Below, one piece after another: positions 1 to 10,063 of a stretch of 40,000 nt of DNA. Position numbers and translations under genes: made by a program. The notes beneath the pieces were generated by a model that saw only the letters and a program-made list of their open reading frames with translations, was not told the DNA's origin and searched no databases. This DNA comes from Chitinophagaceae bacterium (GTDB lineage Bacteria > Bacteroidota > Bacteroidia > Chitinophagales > Chitinophagaceae), in the NCBI GenBank assembly GCA_025923075.1, contig JAICGN010000004.1, positions 18,832-58,831 of the forward strand. The letters are read 5' to 3'. Within the stretch, counting starts at the first letter, position 1; the number at the start of each line of letters is the position of its first letter.

Positions 1-959
1 TGAAGAAGTGCGTTTTTATAGTTTTAACCTTGATTATCCTGGTGTTCATCCAGGCAACCATTATAAACAATGAGCCCGCCACGAAAGGGGAACTTGGAAA
101 ATTGTTGTTCTTTGATACGATACTCTCCAGTGACAGCACGATTAGTTGTGCAAGCTGTCATAAGCCGCAATTTGCTTTTGCCGATAGTGCTGCAACAAGC
201 CGCGGTGTGGGAGGCGTATTAGGATTGAGAAATACCCCTTCAGCAATGAATGTTGCGTTGCAAAGAATTTTTTTCTGGGATGGGCGGGCAAAAACCCTGG
301 AAGAACAGGCCCTTGCTCCTATCGAAAGCCCGGATGAAATGAATTTGCCCATTGATAAAGCATTGCAGCGACTAAAAGAAAATGAAGCCTACAATGCTTA
401 TTTCAAAAAGATATTCAACAGCGAACCGAATCGTAGAAACCTGGGAGAGGCATTGGCAGCTTTTGAACGTGGCCTTGAAACAAGTGAGAGTCCATTCGAT
501 CGTTGGAAATATTACCAGGATCCGCATGCTGTAAGTGATGCAGTGAAGAGAGGCTTTCTAGTTTTTAATAACAAAGGGAAATGTATTCAATGTCATTTCG
601 GATCAAACTTTGCGTTAGATGGATTTCGCAATATTGGCTTGTTTAATGGTCGTGAGTTAAATGATAGCGGTAGGGCGTCTATCACATATGATCCGTTGGA
701 TGTCGGTAAATTCAAAATTGCTCCGCTGCGTAATGTAGCCGTGACGGCTCCCTATATGCATAATGGAATGTTGAAAACACTAAAGGAGGTGATAGAATTT
801 TATAATGATCCTGCCAAGGTTTTTCCCAATGCAATCAACCGGGATAGTTTGCTGGCAAAACCACTTGGCTTAACAGAGCAGGAAAAAGCTGACCTGGAAG
901 ATTTTCTTATTGCTCTTACAGATAAGTCGTTTGATTTAAACAAAAAGAATAGCAGGTAA
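1..959 (+). CDS. di-heme cytochrome c peroxidase (CCP/MauG family), 5' end clipped by the window edge
   Basis: The frame of ORF 30..959 stays open back to nt 3 (KKCVFIVLTL...). Nt 1-2 are TG, so the ATG probably starts 1 nt left of the window. Two CxxCH haem motifs (CASCH, CIQCH). FWDGR and PLRNVAVTAPYMHNG motifs are typical of bacterial CCPs. N-terminal signal-like hydrophobic segment. Confidence 0.9.
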   Translation, partial: KKCVFIVLTLIILVFIQATIINNEPATKGELGKLLFFDTILSSDSTISCASCHKPQFAFADSAATSRGVGGVLGLRNTPSAMNVALQRIFFWDGRAKTLEEQALAPIESPDEMNLPIDKALQRLKENEAYNAYFKKIFNSEPNRRNLGEALAAFERGLETSESPFDRWKYYQDPHAVSDAVKRGFLVFNNKGKCIQCHFGSNFALDGFRNIGLFNGRELNDSGRASITYDPLDVGKFKIAPLRNVAVTAPYMHNGMLKTLKEVIEFYNDPAKVFPNAINRDSLLAKPLGLTEQEKADLEDFLIALTDKSFDLNKKNSR

Positions 960-1069
960 TAAATGAGAAGCGACGACTAGTCCAAAAATCGAAAAGTGGG
1001 TGGCCTGAATTACCGATGTCGAGGTCCATCCCAAATTGGAAAATCTTTGTATCGAACTACTTTCCCGTT

Positions 1070-1083
1070 CCGATAGCCATCGG
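1070..1083. repeat. REP-like palindrome copy (CCGAT-AGCC-ATCGG)
   Basis: CCGATAGCCATCGG lies in the ccp/tesA-like intergenic region. It has the same core as the copies at 12358, 17068 and 37062. Confidence 0.6.
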
Positions 1084-1221
1084 GCGGATAATGTTCTTTG
1101 CTTCTTAGTCGATTGATGAGGCAATTAACAGCCATTTATGTTGTTCTATATTTGCATTCCCGTTAATATGTGCCAGGTATTTGGTAGTCGAAAACTTTAA
1201 TTCATTTTGAACTCAAGGAAT

Positions 1222-1893
1222 ATGAAGAACGGATCAATTATTATAGTCGGTCTCATCATACTGGTTTCAGGCTGCACCGATAATAAGAACCGCGCTGGTA
1301 ATAAACAAAATAGCACCGGTAAGGACAGTGCCACTGTTGAAAAGAAGAAAACAATTTTATTTTTTGGCAACAGTCTTACGGCCGGTTATGGGTTGAGTCC
1401 TTCGCAAGCATTCCCGGCACTCATTCAAAAAAAGATCGATTCGCTAGGTCTTCCTTACCAGGTGATCAATGCCGGTGTAAGCGGTGAAACATCTTCCGGC
1501 GGCAAAACCCGAATTGATTGGATCTTACGTGAACCTGTAGATATATTTGTTCTCGAACTTGGGGCTAATGATGGCCTGCGTGGTACTCCCCTTTCAGAAA
1601 CTAAAAAAAATCTGCAGGACATTATTGATATAGTAAAGGCAAAGTATCCTACCATTAAACTGGTTTTTGCCGGTATGGAGATACCACCCAATATGGGACA
1701 AGCCTATACTGCTGAGTTTCGAAATATTTATACCGACCTTGCTGCTAAAAATAATATGACCCTCATCCCATTTCTTTTACAAGGTGTTGGTGGTGAACCA
1801 GGCCTGAATCTTGAAGATGGCATTCATCCAAATGAGGAAGGCCATCGCATTGTAGCCGAAAATGTTTGGAAGGAATTAGAGAAGCTTCTTTGA
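1222..1893 (+). CDS. SGNH/GDSL hydrolase, TesA-like (arylesterase / lysophospholipase L1 / acyl-CoA thioesterase I family), lipoprotein
   Basis: SGNH blocks FFGNSLTAGYG, GANDG and DGIHPN are present. ATG at 1222 gives MKNGSIIIVGLIILVSGC, a lipobox-like signal. The ORF-track TTG at 1207 is less likely. Sits next to a YbbA/YbbP-like ABC transporter. Confidence 0.85.
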   Translation: MKNGSIIIVGLIILVSGCTDNKNRAGNKQNSTGKDSATVEKKKTILFFGNSLTAGYGLSPSQAFPALIQKKIDSLGLPYQVINAGVSGETSSGGKTRIDWILREPVDIFVLELGANDGLRGTPLSETKKNLQDIIDIVKAKYPTIKLVFAGMEIPPNMGQAYTAEFRNIYTDLAAKNNMTLIPFLLQGVGGEPGLNLEDGIHPNEEGHRIVAENVWKELEKLL

Positions 1894-1927
1894 CTACTTA
1901 CTACTCACCACTCACACGACTCTCCCC

Positions 1928-4474
1928 TTACACCTCCTCTCTCAATATCTCCAACGGCGGTCGCGTCACCACTGCCCGACTATTGATCAATCCTATAAAG
2001 ACAGTAAGAAAGCATACCGACACAAACACAATTAACAGCGGCACCCACTTCAATATAAATTCTGTTTCAAACATAAATTTTGCAACCAGGAAACTTATAC
2101 CTAACGACAAAAACATACCGGTGGCAGCGGCCAAAGCACCAAGGAAAAAATATTCCAGCGCTGTGATATAGAAGATCTGTTTACGACTTGCCCCTATTGT
2201 CCGCAACAACACGCTCTCCTGTATGCGCTGGTATTTACTGATCATCACAGAAGCGATTAATACGATCAAACCGGTGAATATGCTAAAGGCAGCCATGAAA
2301 CGAATAATAAATCCTACTTTATCGATGATGTTACTCACTATATTCAACACCGCACTCAGATCAATGATGGTAACATTCGGGAACCGTTGCACCATCTGTT
2401 GTTGCAGCCGTGCAGATACATCCTTGCTCTCGATACGGGTAACCAACACATGAAACATTGGCGCTTCCTCCAATACTCCTGTTGGAAATAACACCAGGAA
2501 ATTTGTTTGTACACGGCCCCAATCAACTTTACGAAAGCTGCCAACGATAGTGGAAATAACAGCCCCCTGCACATTAAAGGTCAGCGTGTCCCCGATCTTA
2601 ATGCTATTGTTGGTCGCATAGTTTTCGTCAAGGGAAATAAACACTGTACCCGAAGGACCCTCCCGTTTACCTGACCATCTTCCTTTTGTTATTTTTTCGG
2701 AGCTGATCAATGAATCACGAAATGTTACACGGTATTCACGGTCAAATAGTCCTCTGCGCATTTTTATCGTGCTGTCTTTTCTCAAAACTTCTCCGGTGAT
2801 ATTGTTCACCTTTTCTAACCGCATATTCACAACAGGAACGGTTCCCTCTACCGGTAAATTGAACTGTTTGGCTAATGCGATCACGCTATCTTTTTGTTGT
2901 GGTTGTATATCGAATAATATGGTGTTAGAGCGGTTGCCCTGTGCCGTGAGCTGAATACGATTAAGCAAAATAGCACGAATAGAAAACAGTGTGCAAATAA
3001 TCGCGGTACCTAACCCAATTGCAACGATTAATATGGTAGTTTGATTATTGGGTCTATATAGATTGGCAAGTCCTTGCCGCCATAGATAATTCCATCTGTT
3101 GGGAAAGAAACGGCGTACAGTCCACATTAGCAATGCCGCTGAACCCACCAATATTAAAAATGCGATCACAATAACAATTGAAAATCCGATCGATTCCTGT
3201 ACTTCCTTTATTTGTAAATAACAAAATGCCCAAATGAAACCGATGATCGCCAGGTAAACCAGCCACTTTACGGGGTCTTTAAATAAGCTGAATCGTTGAA
3301 ATGATAATCGCAGTGTATTCAACGGAGATATCTTGCGAATAGATACAAGTGGTGCCAAAGCAAAAAGAAAAGAGATCACAATACCTAACAATAAACCCTG
3401 GCCGATAGCAGACCAAGAAAATTCAGCAGTAACTTTTATTGGTAAAAAATCTTTGAATGCGATAGGTAAAAACTGTTGAATGATCGTTCCTAAAGCAGCA
3501 CCTGCCAGCGATCCAATAAAACCAACCACAACGATCTGTATCAGGTAAATGAGAAAAGCTTGCCTTCCTTTTGCACCCAGACAACGCAGGATGGCTACGG
3601 ATTTTATTTTTTCACGTACATAAATATGAATGGCGCTGGCTACACCAACGCAACCAAGCAATAGGGCAATAAAACTGACCAATGAAAGAAAATCCGTAAG
3701 ATCTTCTAACGACCTTGCGGTATTCTGTTTCTGCGTTTCAACTGTCTCGTAACTCATCCCTTCAATGTCGAGACGTGGTTCGATATCATCGACAAGCTTT
3801 TCCATATTCACCGGCTCATCGAACTTGAAGAAAAACTGGGTAACGATCCTGCTTCCTTTTTGTGAAAGCCCCGTTTGTTCAAGATATTGAAGAGGGATAT
3901 ATACAGGGGGCGCTACAGATGCTGACAATCCTGTTTGCCCCGGTGCATTTATCAAAGTTCCTGCCACCACAAAACTTACATTCCCGATCTTTATACTATC
4001 ACCAACCTTTGCATCATATTGCAACATCATCGTTTGGTCTACTAATGCGGCTTGTCCGTTTCGAAATGTTTTTCCAGCCGATGAAGGCACTGTTTCCAGC
4101 GCCCCATAGTAAGGAAACTCTCCACCCAGTGCACGAACCTGCACAAGTCGTGTTTTGTTAGTTTTCGAAAAGTAAATCATCGATGGAAACATCCGTTGCT
4201 CCGATCTCCTGTCACCAAGCGAATCAACCATTTTTTGGATAGCCGGACTTACCTGTTTGCCACTACCGATCATCAGGTCGGCTCCCAATAAAGAAGCAGC
4301 TTGCCTGTCAACTTCTTCGCTCATATTATCACCCAAGGAATAAATCGCCACCATCGCTGCAATGCCAAGAATAATAGACGATACGAACAAGAACAACCGT
4401 GAACGGTTTCGCCTGCTATCACGCCATGCCATTTTTACCAGCCATGAAAAATTTGGTCCCCTTTTCTCATCCAT
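1928..4474 (-). CDS. ABC transporter permease, double FtsX/MacB-type (YbbP-like)
   Basis: About 850-aa polytopic protein with two FtsX-like 4-TM modules separated by large periplasmic domains. Start taken at MDEKRGPNF (ATG complement 4472-4474), 7 nt after the ATPase stop. The ORF-track start at 4516 would overlap the ATPase gene by 35 nt. Confidence 0.85.
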   Translation of the reverse strand: MDEKRGPNFSWLVKMAWRDSRRNRSRLFLFVSSIILGIAAMVAIYSLGDNMSEEVDRQAASLLGADLMIGSGKQVSPAIQKMVDSLGDRRSEQRMFPSMIYFSKTNKTRLVQVRALGGEFPYYGALETVPSSAGKTFRNGQAALVDQTMMLQYDAKVGDSIKIGNVSFVVAGTLINAPGQTGLSASVAPPVYIPLQYLEQTGLSQKGSRIVTQFFFKFDEPVNMEKLVDDIEPRLDIEGMSYETVETQKQNTARSLEDLTDFLSLVSFIALLLGCVGVASAIHIYVREKIKSVAILRCLGAKGRQAFLIYLIQIVVVGFIGSLAGAALGTIIQQFLPIAFKDFLPIKVTAEFSWSAIGQGLLLGIVISFLFALAPLVSIRKISPLNTLRLSFQRFSLFKDPVKWLVYLAIIGFIWAFCYLQIKEVQESIGFSIVIVIAFLILVGSAALLMWTVRRFFPNRWNYLWRQGLANLYRPNNQTTILIVAIGLGTAIICTLFSIRAILLNRIQLTAQGNRSNTILFDIQPQQKDSVIALAKQFNLPVEGTVPVVNMRLEKVNNITGEVLRKDSTIKMRRGLFDREYRVTFRDSLISSEKITKGRWSGKREGPSGTVFISLDENYATNNSIKIGDTLTFNVQGAVISTIVGSFRKVDWGRVQTNFLVLFPTGVLEEAPMFHVLVTRIESKDVSARLQQQMVQRFPNVTIIDLSAVLNIVSNIIDKVGFIIRFMAAFSIFTGLIVLIASVMISKYQRIQESVLLRTIGASRKQIFYITALEYFFLGALAAATGMFLSLGISFLVAKFMFETEFILKWVPLLIVFVSVCFLTVFIGLINSRAVVTRPPLEILREEV

Positions 4475-4481
4475 AATTCTG

Positions 4482-5180
4482 CTAATTACTGTTTGCAGTT
4501 GTTTCGTCCGATACAATTCGGCCGCCCTTCAGTTTGATGATTCGGCCTGTTTGATTTGCCAGCTCAAGATCATGTGTTACCATGATTAATGTAGTACCGG
4601 CTTCTTTATTCAGGTTAAATATCAGTTCAACAATCCCTCGGCTTGTTTCAGCATCCAGGTTACCGGTTGGTTCGTCAGTAAATAGAATTTGAGGTTTATT
4701 GATAAATGCCCTGGCCATTGATACTCGTTGTTGTTCACCACCACTCAACTGTGCAGGATAGTGGTGACCACGATCTCCCAGTCCCACTTTGCGAAGCAGG
4801 TCAACAGCTCTTGGCTTAATGTTTTTTTCCCCACGCAACTCCAAAGGCACCATAATATTTTCAAGCGCCGTAAGCGTTGGAAGCAACTGAAAGCTTTGAA
4901 AAATAAAACCCACATGCTGATTTCGTATACTTGCCCGTTGGTCTTCATTCAACTGATCCAGCTTTATATTATTTAATTCCACTGAACCTGTGGTTGAACG
5001 ATCCAGTCCCGCAGCCAATCCAAGCAAAGTGGTCTTGCCGCTACCTGATGGACCAACAATAGCCATCGTTGATCCCGCTTCTACAGAAAAATTGATATTT
5101 TCCAGCACCGTTAATGTGCGGCCTGCACTTTGATAGGTTTTACTTAGGTTTTGTATGTTCAGTATTGTCGCCATTAACAT
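4482..5180 (-). CDS. ABC transporter ATP-binding protein (YbbA/LolD/MacB-ATPase-like)
   Basis: Walker A GPSGSGKTTLL, signature LSGGEQQRV, Walker B ILFTDEPTGNLD, H-loop VTHD. An alternative start at MATILN (5174) is possible. Confidence 0.92.
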   Translation of the reverse strand: MLMATILNIQNLSKTYQSAGRTLTVLENINFSVEAGSTMAIVGPSGSGKTTLLGLAAGLDRSTTGSVELNNIKLDQLNEDQRASIRNQHVGFIFQSFQLLPTLTALENIMVPLELRGEKNIKPRAVDLLRKVGLGDRGHHYPAQLSGGEQQRVSMARAFINKPQILFTDEPTGNLDAETSRGIVELIFNLNKEAGTTLIMVTHDLELANQTGRIIKLKGGRIVSDETTANSN

Positions 5181-5429
5181 TTATTATTTAGTGGTATAGT
5201 GCAATTACAAAAGGAATTTTTATGATGCAGAGAACCAAGATCCTATCCCTAAAGGCAATTGGATTTGTCCGCTCATAAAAAGCACTTTGAACTACAAAGT
5301 AAGTGCCGTGAACTGATAGTGCCAAATCTTTTTTACATACAGGCTGTTTGTAATGACAAAAGGGTTACCGGTCCCGATAGCCGGATCAATCATTAATAAA
5401 ACTGGCATTTACATTGTTGTAATTCCTGT

Positions 5430-5720
5430 ATGAAAGAAAATACTTTTTATGTTTTACTGAGTATAAGAACAGGTGACGGTTTTGAAAGTTTTGGAAAATT
5501 CAATCTCGGCAACAAACGAAAGGCAGCTGCGGATGTTTTCCGGCAGTTAAAAGGTGATTCCAGGGTGGATGAAAAAACCATGCTCACGGTTGATTTCGTG
5601 GAAACCGTGAAGGGTCTGCCTGTGAATTTACAGCTACTTGGCTGTACACTTGAAGAGGTAGCACATAATTGTAAAATCCTTGCTAAAGAAACATTTAAAC
5701 TGCTTAATCTCAAACGGTAG
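5430..5720 (+). CDS. hypothetical small protein (96 aa)
   Basis: ATG-initiated ORF filling an otherwise empty gap. No motif recognised. An antisense shadow ORF of similar length exists. Confidence 0.5.
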   Translation: MKENTFYVLLSIRTGDGFESFGKFNLGNKRKAAADVFRQLKGDSRVDEKTMLTVDFVETVKGLPVNLQLLGCTLEEVAHNCKILAKETFKLLNLKR

Positions 5721-5784
5721 CGACACGGCCAACAGAAACAAGTCCGTACAGGTTTGCATACCTTAGTAGACTAAAAAAATAGTT

Positions 5785-6078
5785 ATGATCCTTATTCACG
5801 ACATATTCATTTGCAAACCAGGCAATGCTTCGAAGCTGGCAAAATTGTTCAAAGAACTGATGAGCGACAACGACGAGTTCGTTCATGTGATGACGGATAT
5901 GACCGGCCAATATAATAAAGTTGTGATGGTAACAAAGTACGATGGTCTGACAGCTTATGAGAAGAGCTGGAAGAAATACGAGGAAAACACTGAAGAGATG
6001 AAAAAAATGAAAGAAAAAATGGCTGGCTATCATGAAATGTATTTGACCGGCTCACGGGAGATCTATCATGTTTGGTGA
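5785..6078 (+). CDS. hypothetical small protein (97 aa)
   Basis: ATG-initiated ORF with a plausible globular composition. No motif recognised. Confidence 0.55.
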   Translation: MILIHDIFICKPGNASKLAKLFKELMSDNDEFVHVMTDMTGQYNKVVMVTKYDGLTAYEKSWKKYEENTEEMKKMKEKMAGYHEMYLTGSREIYHVW

Positions 6079-6186
6079 GCATCTGTTGATTGGGCCTTAT
6101 ACTTTTCACTGGGTAAATCCATAATCGGGATGCAACAAAAGATAACACCGGCAGGCTATGGTTGAAAACTGAGTGATACAACTCCT

Positions 6187-6849
6187 TTATTTGTTAGAAA
6201 TAACGAGATTGGCAAATTCCCCTCCTGAAGTATTGCCCACCCACAAACCTACCTTACCCGATTGGCGGTCATTCAATTTGTCGACGCTGAGGCATGGTGA
6301 AGCGCTATTATTCACATACACGGTTACATGGGGATAGTCAACAACGATTTTAACATGAAACCATTCGTTGGGATCAGGTGCAGCAGGGATGGCTTTCTCA
6401 TATTTGGCGTTTTGCGTTTCTCGCAATACGTTCCAGGGAAAGTCAGGATGAGAAATATATTGTACTGCATGAATGAGTCGAACGGAGTCAGTAGCATGAA
6501 AATTAAAAGGACGGAAATAGATTGCATCAAGTGTTTTCTCATCCACACCATGAAAGGCAACGCCCACAAAACTCTGCTGCAACACATCTTTACCTCTTAT
6601 ATCAATTTCAATGCTACCATTTGCAAAATTGACGCCATCAAGCCAGGCCAAGCCGTCACCGCTTGCTTCAGAAAACTGAACTCCATTTCCTCTTTTGTCC
6701 ATAAAGGATGTCAGCGTACGATTCACAATCTGTAGCTTACCGTTTTTATAAAGATTATACAGATCGTATTTTTTGAGATGGCCTTGTGCGGATGAGGCAA
6801 TTGAAATGATCAAAGCAATTATAAAAGGACAAACTTTTATCAGTCGCAT
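6187..6849 (-). CDS. secreted hypothetical protein, possibly concanavalin/LamG-like jelly-roll (DUF1080-like)
   Basis: N-terminal signal peptide (MRLIKVCPFIIALIISIASSAQG). Beta-rich composition. The family assignment is a guess from sequence feel only. Confidence 0.6.
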   Translation of the reverse strand: MRLIKVCPFIIALIISIASSAQGHLKKYDLYNLYKNGKLQIVNRTLTSFMDKRGNGVQFSEASGDGLAWLDGVNFANGSIEIDIRGKDVLQQSFVGVAFHGVDEKTLDAIYFRPFNFHATDSVRLIHAVQYISHPDFPWNVLRETQNAKYEKAIPAAPDPNEWFHVKIVVDYPHVTVYVNNSASPCLSVDKLNDRQSGKVGLWVGNTSGGEFANLVISNK

Positions 6850-6901
6850 AGTTGAAGTTAGAAAAATTTTAGGTCTTTTGTATTGATTATTATTGTAGCT
6901 G

Positions 6902-7362
6902 TCACCTAATCAAAACAAACGTTCCCTTTTCTTTTTTCTCCGGTTCGCCTTCAAGTTGATAAGAACACATCCACGCGAATACACCACTGTGTTGAGCTTG
7001 TCCTTTATACTGTCCATTCCATCCTTTCATTAAATCGGCGACTCAAAGATCAATTCCCCCCAGCGGTTATAAATCCAAAACCGGTATTGTAAAACATGGC
7101 CAAATAATATCGGTTTTATCAGATCATTCCTTCCATCATTGTTTGACCTAAAGCCTGTCGGCATATAAAATGCTTTACCACAATCTTTAGAATGTACAAC
7201 AATGCTGTCTTTTCCTATACATTCATTTGCATCTTTCACCTGTAACCAATAGATGCCTGGTTGTTTAATAACAGCGGTCCGCCGTGGCGAAATTGGCTTG
7301 TGCCGATAGCTAACGGCATCGTTCTTTTGGTTCAAGCCAATGAACGATCCTATTAAAAACAC
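6902..7362 (-). pseudogene. remnant of a T9SS type-B (gliding-motility-associated C-terminal, CHU_C-type) sorting-domain protein, N-terminally truncated and frameshifted
   Basis: ORF 7030..7362 carries FYMPTGFRSNNDGRNDLIKP...IYNRWGELIFES and then stops. The rest of the domain (KGWNGQYKGQAQHSGVFAWMCSYQLEGEPEKKEKGTFVLIR*) continues in another frame at 7030..6902, and the stop and ATG overlap as TAATG. Only about 60 aa precede the sorting domain, and the remnant abuts the upstream gene. Confidence 0.75.
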
Positions 7363-7387
7363 AGCAAATAATTAACTGCATTGCATT

Positions 7388-8764
7388 TTATCCTGTGCTT
7401 CGAAGTCTTTGCACACAATTAGATAATGATCGAAGTTGATGATAAGTGGCTTTCCAGATATGGCCTTTTAATGCAGTTTTTCTTTCCGGTCTTTTGTCAA
7501 GACCTTCTTCGTACCAGTCGCCGTATTCATGATCGATTAAATAAGTTTGTATATACTTCCACATCATTCTGAATTTTTCAAAATACTGCATGGGATCGTT
7601 GGGGAAGTGATCCGCCATCAGCAATAATGTGTTCAACCCTTCGGCCTGCGCCCACCAGTTTTTACTATCTTTAATAATGCTAATGTCTTTTTTATTTTTG
7701 AAATAATATCCTTCATCATAAAAACCGCCATTGATCTTATCCCAACCGTTTTGCAACGCATGATCCACCATAAGTTTGGCTACCCTCATCGTAGCAGTAT
7801 CATTTTTTAATCCCAGCACATGCGATGCTTCCAGCATCAGGTAAGCTGTTTCTACATCATGACCAAAGGATATATGATCAAGATACCGGTGTTGTAAGAT
7901 AACTGCCTCAGATGAATCCCTGAATGATACCGGTGTCCAGTCGGGTTGGAAAAAAAGTGTGAGACTGCCTTTTTTGGTTGTAATAACATCGCGGATCAGC
8001 ACGAGCATTTCTTGTAATCGCTGACGAACTAGCGCATCGGGCCATACCGAATATAGTTCAGTAAATGCTTCGAGTAAATGAATAGAACTATTCTGGTCTT
8101 TATAACCCACAGACGATGTGGAAGGATCTGCAGCAGTACGCTTAACAGGTGTCCCGTCCGGTAACAAATTCTGATAATATCCTTTGAGGATTACGTCATA
8201 TGCATGTTTATCCAGCCACACAAAACAATCCTTCGCTAATTGCAAGGCATTGTTATCACCCGACGCCCGGTACCATGCTGCCGAGGCATAAATAGCAAAA
8301 GCATTGCCATATGTTGTTTTTCCTGTGCTGTCTTTGACATTCCCTTTGCGGTCGACCAATGTATAAAAACCGCCATTGATTTTATCCCACATTGTATTTT
8401 TTAAAAAGTTAAAACCCTGTGCTGCACATTTTTTATAATACTCGACGGCGGGATATAAACGTGAAGCCAACGCATTTGACCACACATGTCGCGCCTGGGT
8501 AACGATCATTTTATCCTGCGGCCCTGATGGTAAAAAGTTATAAGTAAACGTAGTAAGAAAACCACCATACAAACTATCCACGCTCTGCGGATACCATTTA
8601 TTGAGCATTTCAGTCCGGATTGAACGCTCTATTTCGGTAGCTATTTGCAAACGTTCGGCATTCTTTTTTTTGGAAACTGTTGTGTCCTGTGCCGAAGCGA
8701 ACGATACCGTCATCAATAAAACACCAGCTAATAATCTTTTTATAACCAGAAAGCAGGCCTTCAT
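7388..8764 (-). CDS. AGE-family (N-acylglucosamine 2-epimerase / cellobiose 2-epimerase-like, six-hairpin) protein with signal peptide
   Basis: Repeated DKINGGFY motifs, KNWWAQAEGLN, HIWKATYHQLRS. The alpha/alpha-toroid-like periodicity is typical of AGE superfamily enzymes. N-terminal signal peptide. Confidence 0.7.
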   Translation of the reverse strand: MKACFLVIKRLLAGVLLMTVSFASAQDTTVSKKKNAERLQIATEIERSIRTEMLNKWYPQSVDSLYGGFLTTFTYNFLPSGPQDKMIVTQARHVWSNALASRLYPAVEYYKKCAAQGFNFLKNTMWDKINGGFYTLVDRKGNVKDSTGKTTYGNAFAIYASAAWYRASGDNNALQLAKDCFVWLDKHAYDVILKGYYQNLLPDGTPVKRTAADPSTSSVGYKDQNSSIHLLEAFTELYSVWPDALVRQRLQEMLVLIRDVITTKKGSLTLFFQPDWTPVSFRDSSEAVILQHRYLDHISFGHDVETAYLMLEASHVLGLKNDTATMRVAKLMVDHALQNGWDKINGGFYDEGYYFKNKKDISIIKDSKNWWAQAEGLNTLLLMADHFPNDPMQYFEKFRMMWKYIQTYLIDHEYGDWYEEGLDKRPERKTALKGHIWKATYHQLRSLSNCVQRLRSTG

Positions 8765-8956
8765 ATATTAAAGATAGAGAACAACACTGACAAGATTTTC
8801 TACTACTCCGTGGAAGATTTTATCTCAGATGCAAAATACTGGGGAAGTACATTTGAACGGTGTAAACATGGAGAAGAAGATCGGCCGGATGCTATTTTTT
8901 GCTGAGCTTCAATTCAAGTGAAACATTGTTAGCTTATTTTACGTCAAATTGGTATT

Positions 8957-9325
8957 ATGAAAAAGATCACCATTTTAGTATATCTATTACTAGCAGTCAT
9001 AACCATTACGTCCTGTGATTTTCCGGACGGAAGTATCAGTATAAAGCATAGCCAATATACCCACTACTATGAAATGACCGCAAAGTTCAACCCTGAAAAA
9101 ACAACTGAGGTTGACAAATACCTTGATAAAGAATTATCCAGTGGTGATATGTCCTTTATCAATACCCGTATGGATGGCGAGATTACACTTGACAATAAAA
9201 CTACATTTTACATAAAAAAATCACCGGGTTATCTTCATATTAAGTTTGATAAAGAGAAAAACTCAGATGAAGCGTTCATTAAGATTAAATCCGTATGCGA
9301 AGGAATTAATGAGGTGGTGAGGTAA
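8957..9325 (+). CDS. hypothetical lipoprotein (122 aa)
   Basis: MKKITILVYLLLAVITITSC lipobox-type signal. No other motif recognised. Confidence 0.6.
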   Translation: MKKITILVYLLLAVITITSCDFPDGSISIKHSQYTHYYEMTAKFNPEKTTEVDKYLDKELSSGDMSFINTRMDGEITLDNKTTFYIKKSPGYLHIKFDKEKNSDEAFIKIKSVCEGINEVVR

Positions 9326-9460
9326 ACAGCTTGCTGCAATATTCCGCACAAATTTTTGTCCCCCCGAGAATGGAAAAAATACAACAGTGCATAATAAATT
9401 ACTACCTTTAAAAAGCCCGTTCTTGGTTCCCCTTGATAATTTTCAACCTAACGAATTCAT

Positions 9461-10063
9461 ATGCGAGTTATTCTTTTCTTCATTACAGCGATCACAGTCT
9501 GTTTCGGATGTGATTCTAAAAAAGATTCACCGTCCTCCAAAAATGAATTACCGGCTACAGCCATACAAATAAAATCAGCTTTATTGGCTGCGCCCGCCGA
9601 AAAGAGAGATAACTGCACAGTGTATGGTTATTCGGCCAATAAAGAACTCGTTCTTTTAAGACAGGGTACCAATGAATTGATTTGTATTGCAGATAATCCT
9701 GATGAACCTGATTTCTCTGTAGCATGTTATGTAAAGGACCTCGAGCCGTTTATGCAAAGAGGACGTGAATTGAGAAAACAGGGTATTAAGGATCAGCAGT
9801 TATTTGATGAACGTGAGAAAGAAGTGAAATCAGGCACCCTGCAAATGCCCAAACAACCGGCAGCATTGTATGTTTATTCAGCAAAACAGAGTGATTTTGA
9901 TCCTGTAACTGGTGAAGCGAAGAATGGTTACCTGCGTTATGTAATTTATATTCCGTATGCAACAGTTGCCAGTACCGGTTTGCCGGAAAAACCATCCGCC
10001 GATGGCATGCCATGGATCATGCATGCGGGAACACATGGGGCGCATATTATGATCAATCCCTAG
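9461..10063 (+). CDS. hypothetical lipoprotein (200 aa)
   Basis: MRVILFFITAITVCFGC lipobox-type signal. No other motif recognised. Confidence 0.6.
   Translation: MRVILFFITAITVCFGCDSKKDSPSSKNELPATAIQIKSALLAAPAEKRDNCTVYGYSANKELVLLRQGTNELICIADNPDEPDFSVACYVKDLEPFMQRGRELRKQGIKDQQLFDEREKEVKSGTLQMPKQPAALYVYSAKQSDFDPVTGEAKNGYLRYVIYIPYATVASTGLPEKPSADGMPWIMHAGTHGAHIMINP

Noticed and set aside
1866-2171. 101-aa plus-strand ORF following the TesA-like gene
   Set aside because: It overlaps the 3' end of the well-supported FtsX-type permease on the opposite strand, and its sequence is low complexity.
6328-6735. 135-aa plus-strand ORF antisense to the secreted LamG-like gene
   Set aside because: It is a shadow ORF, and the minus-strand frame has the signal peptide and coherent composition. 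The same reasoning applies to antisense ORFs 17898..18272, 22158..22535, 22399..22788, 5849..6181 and 30983..31372.
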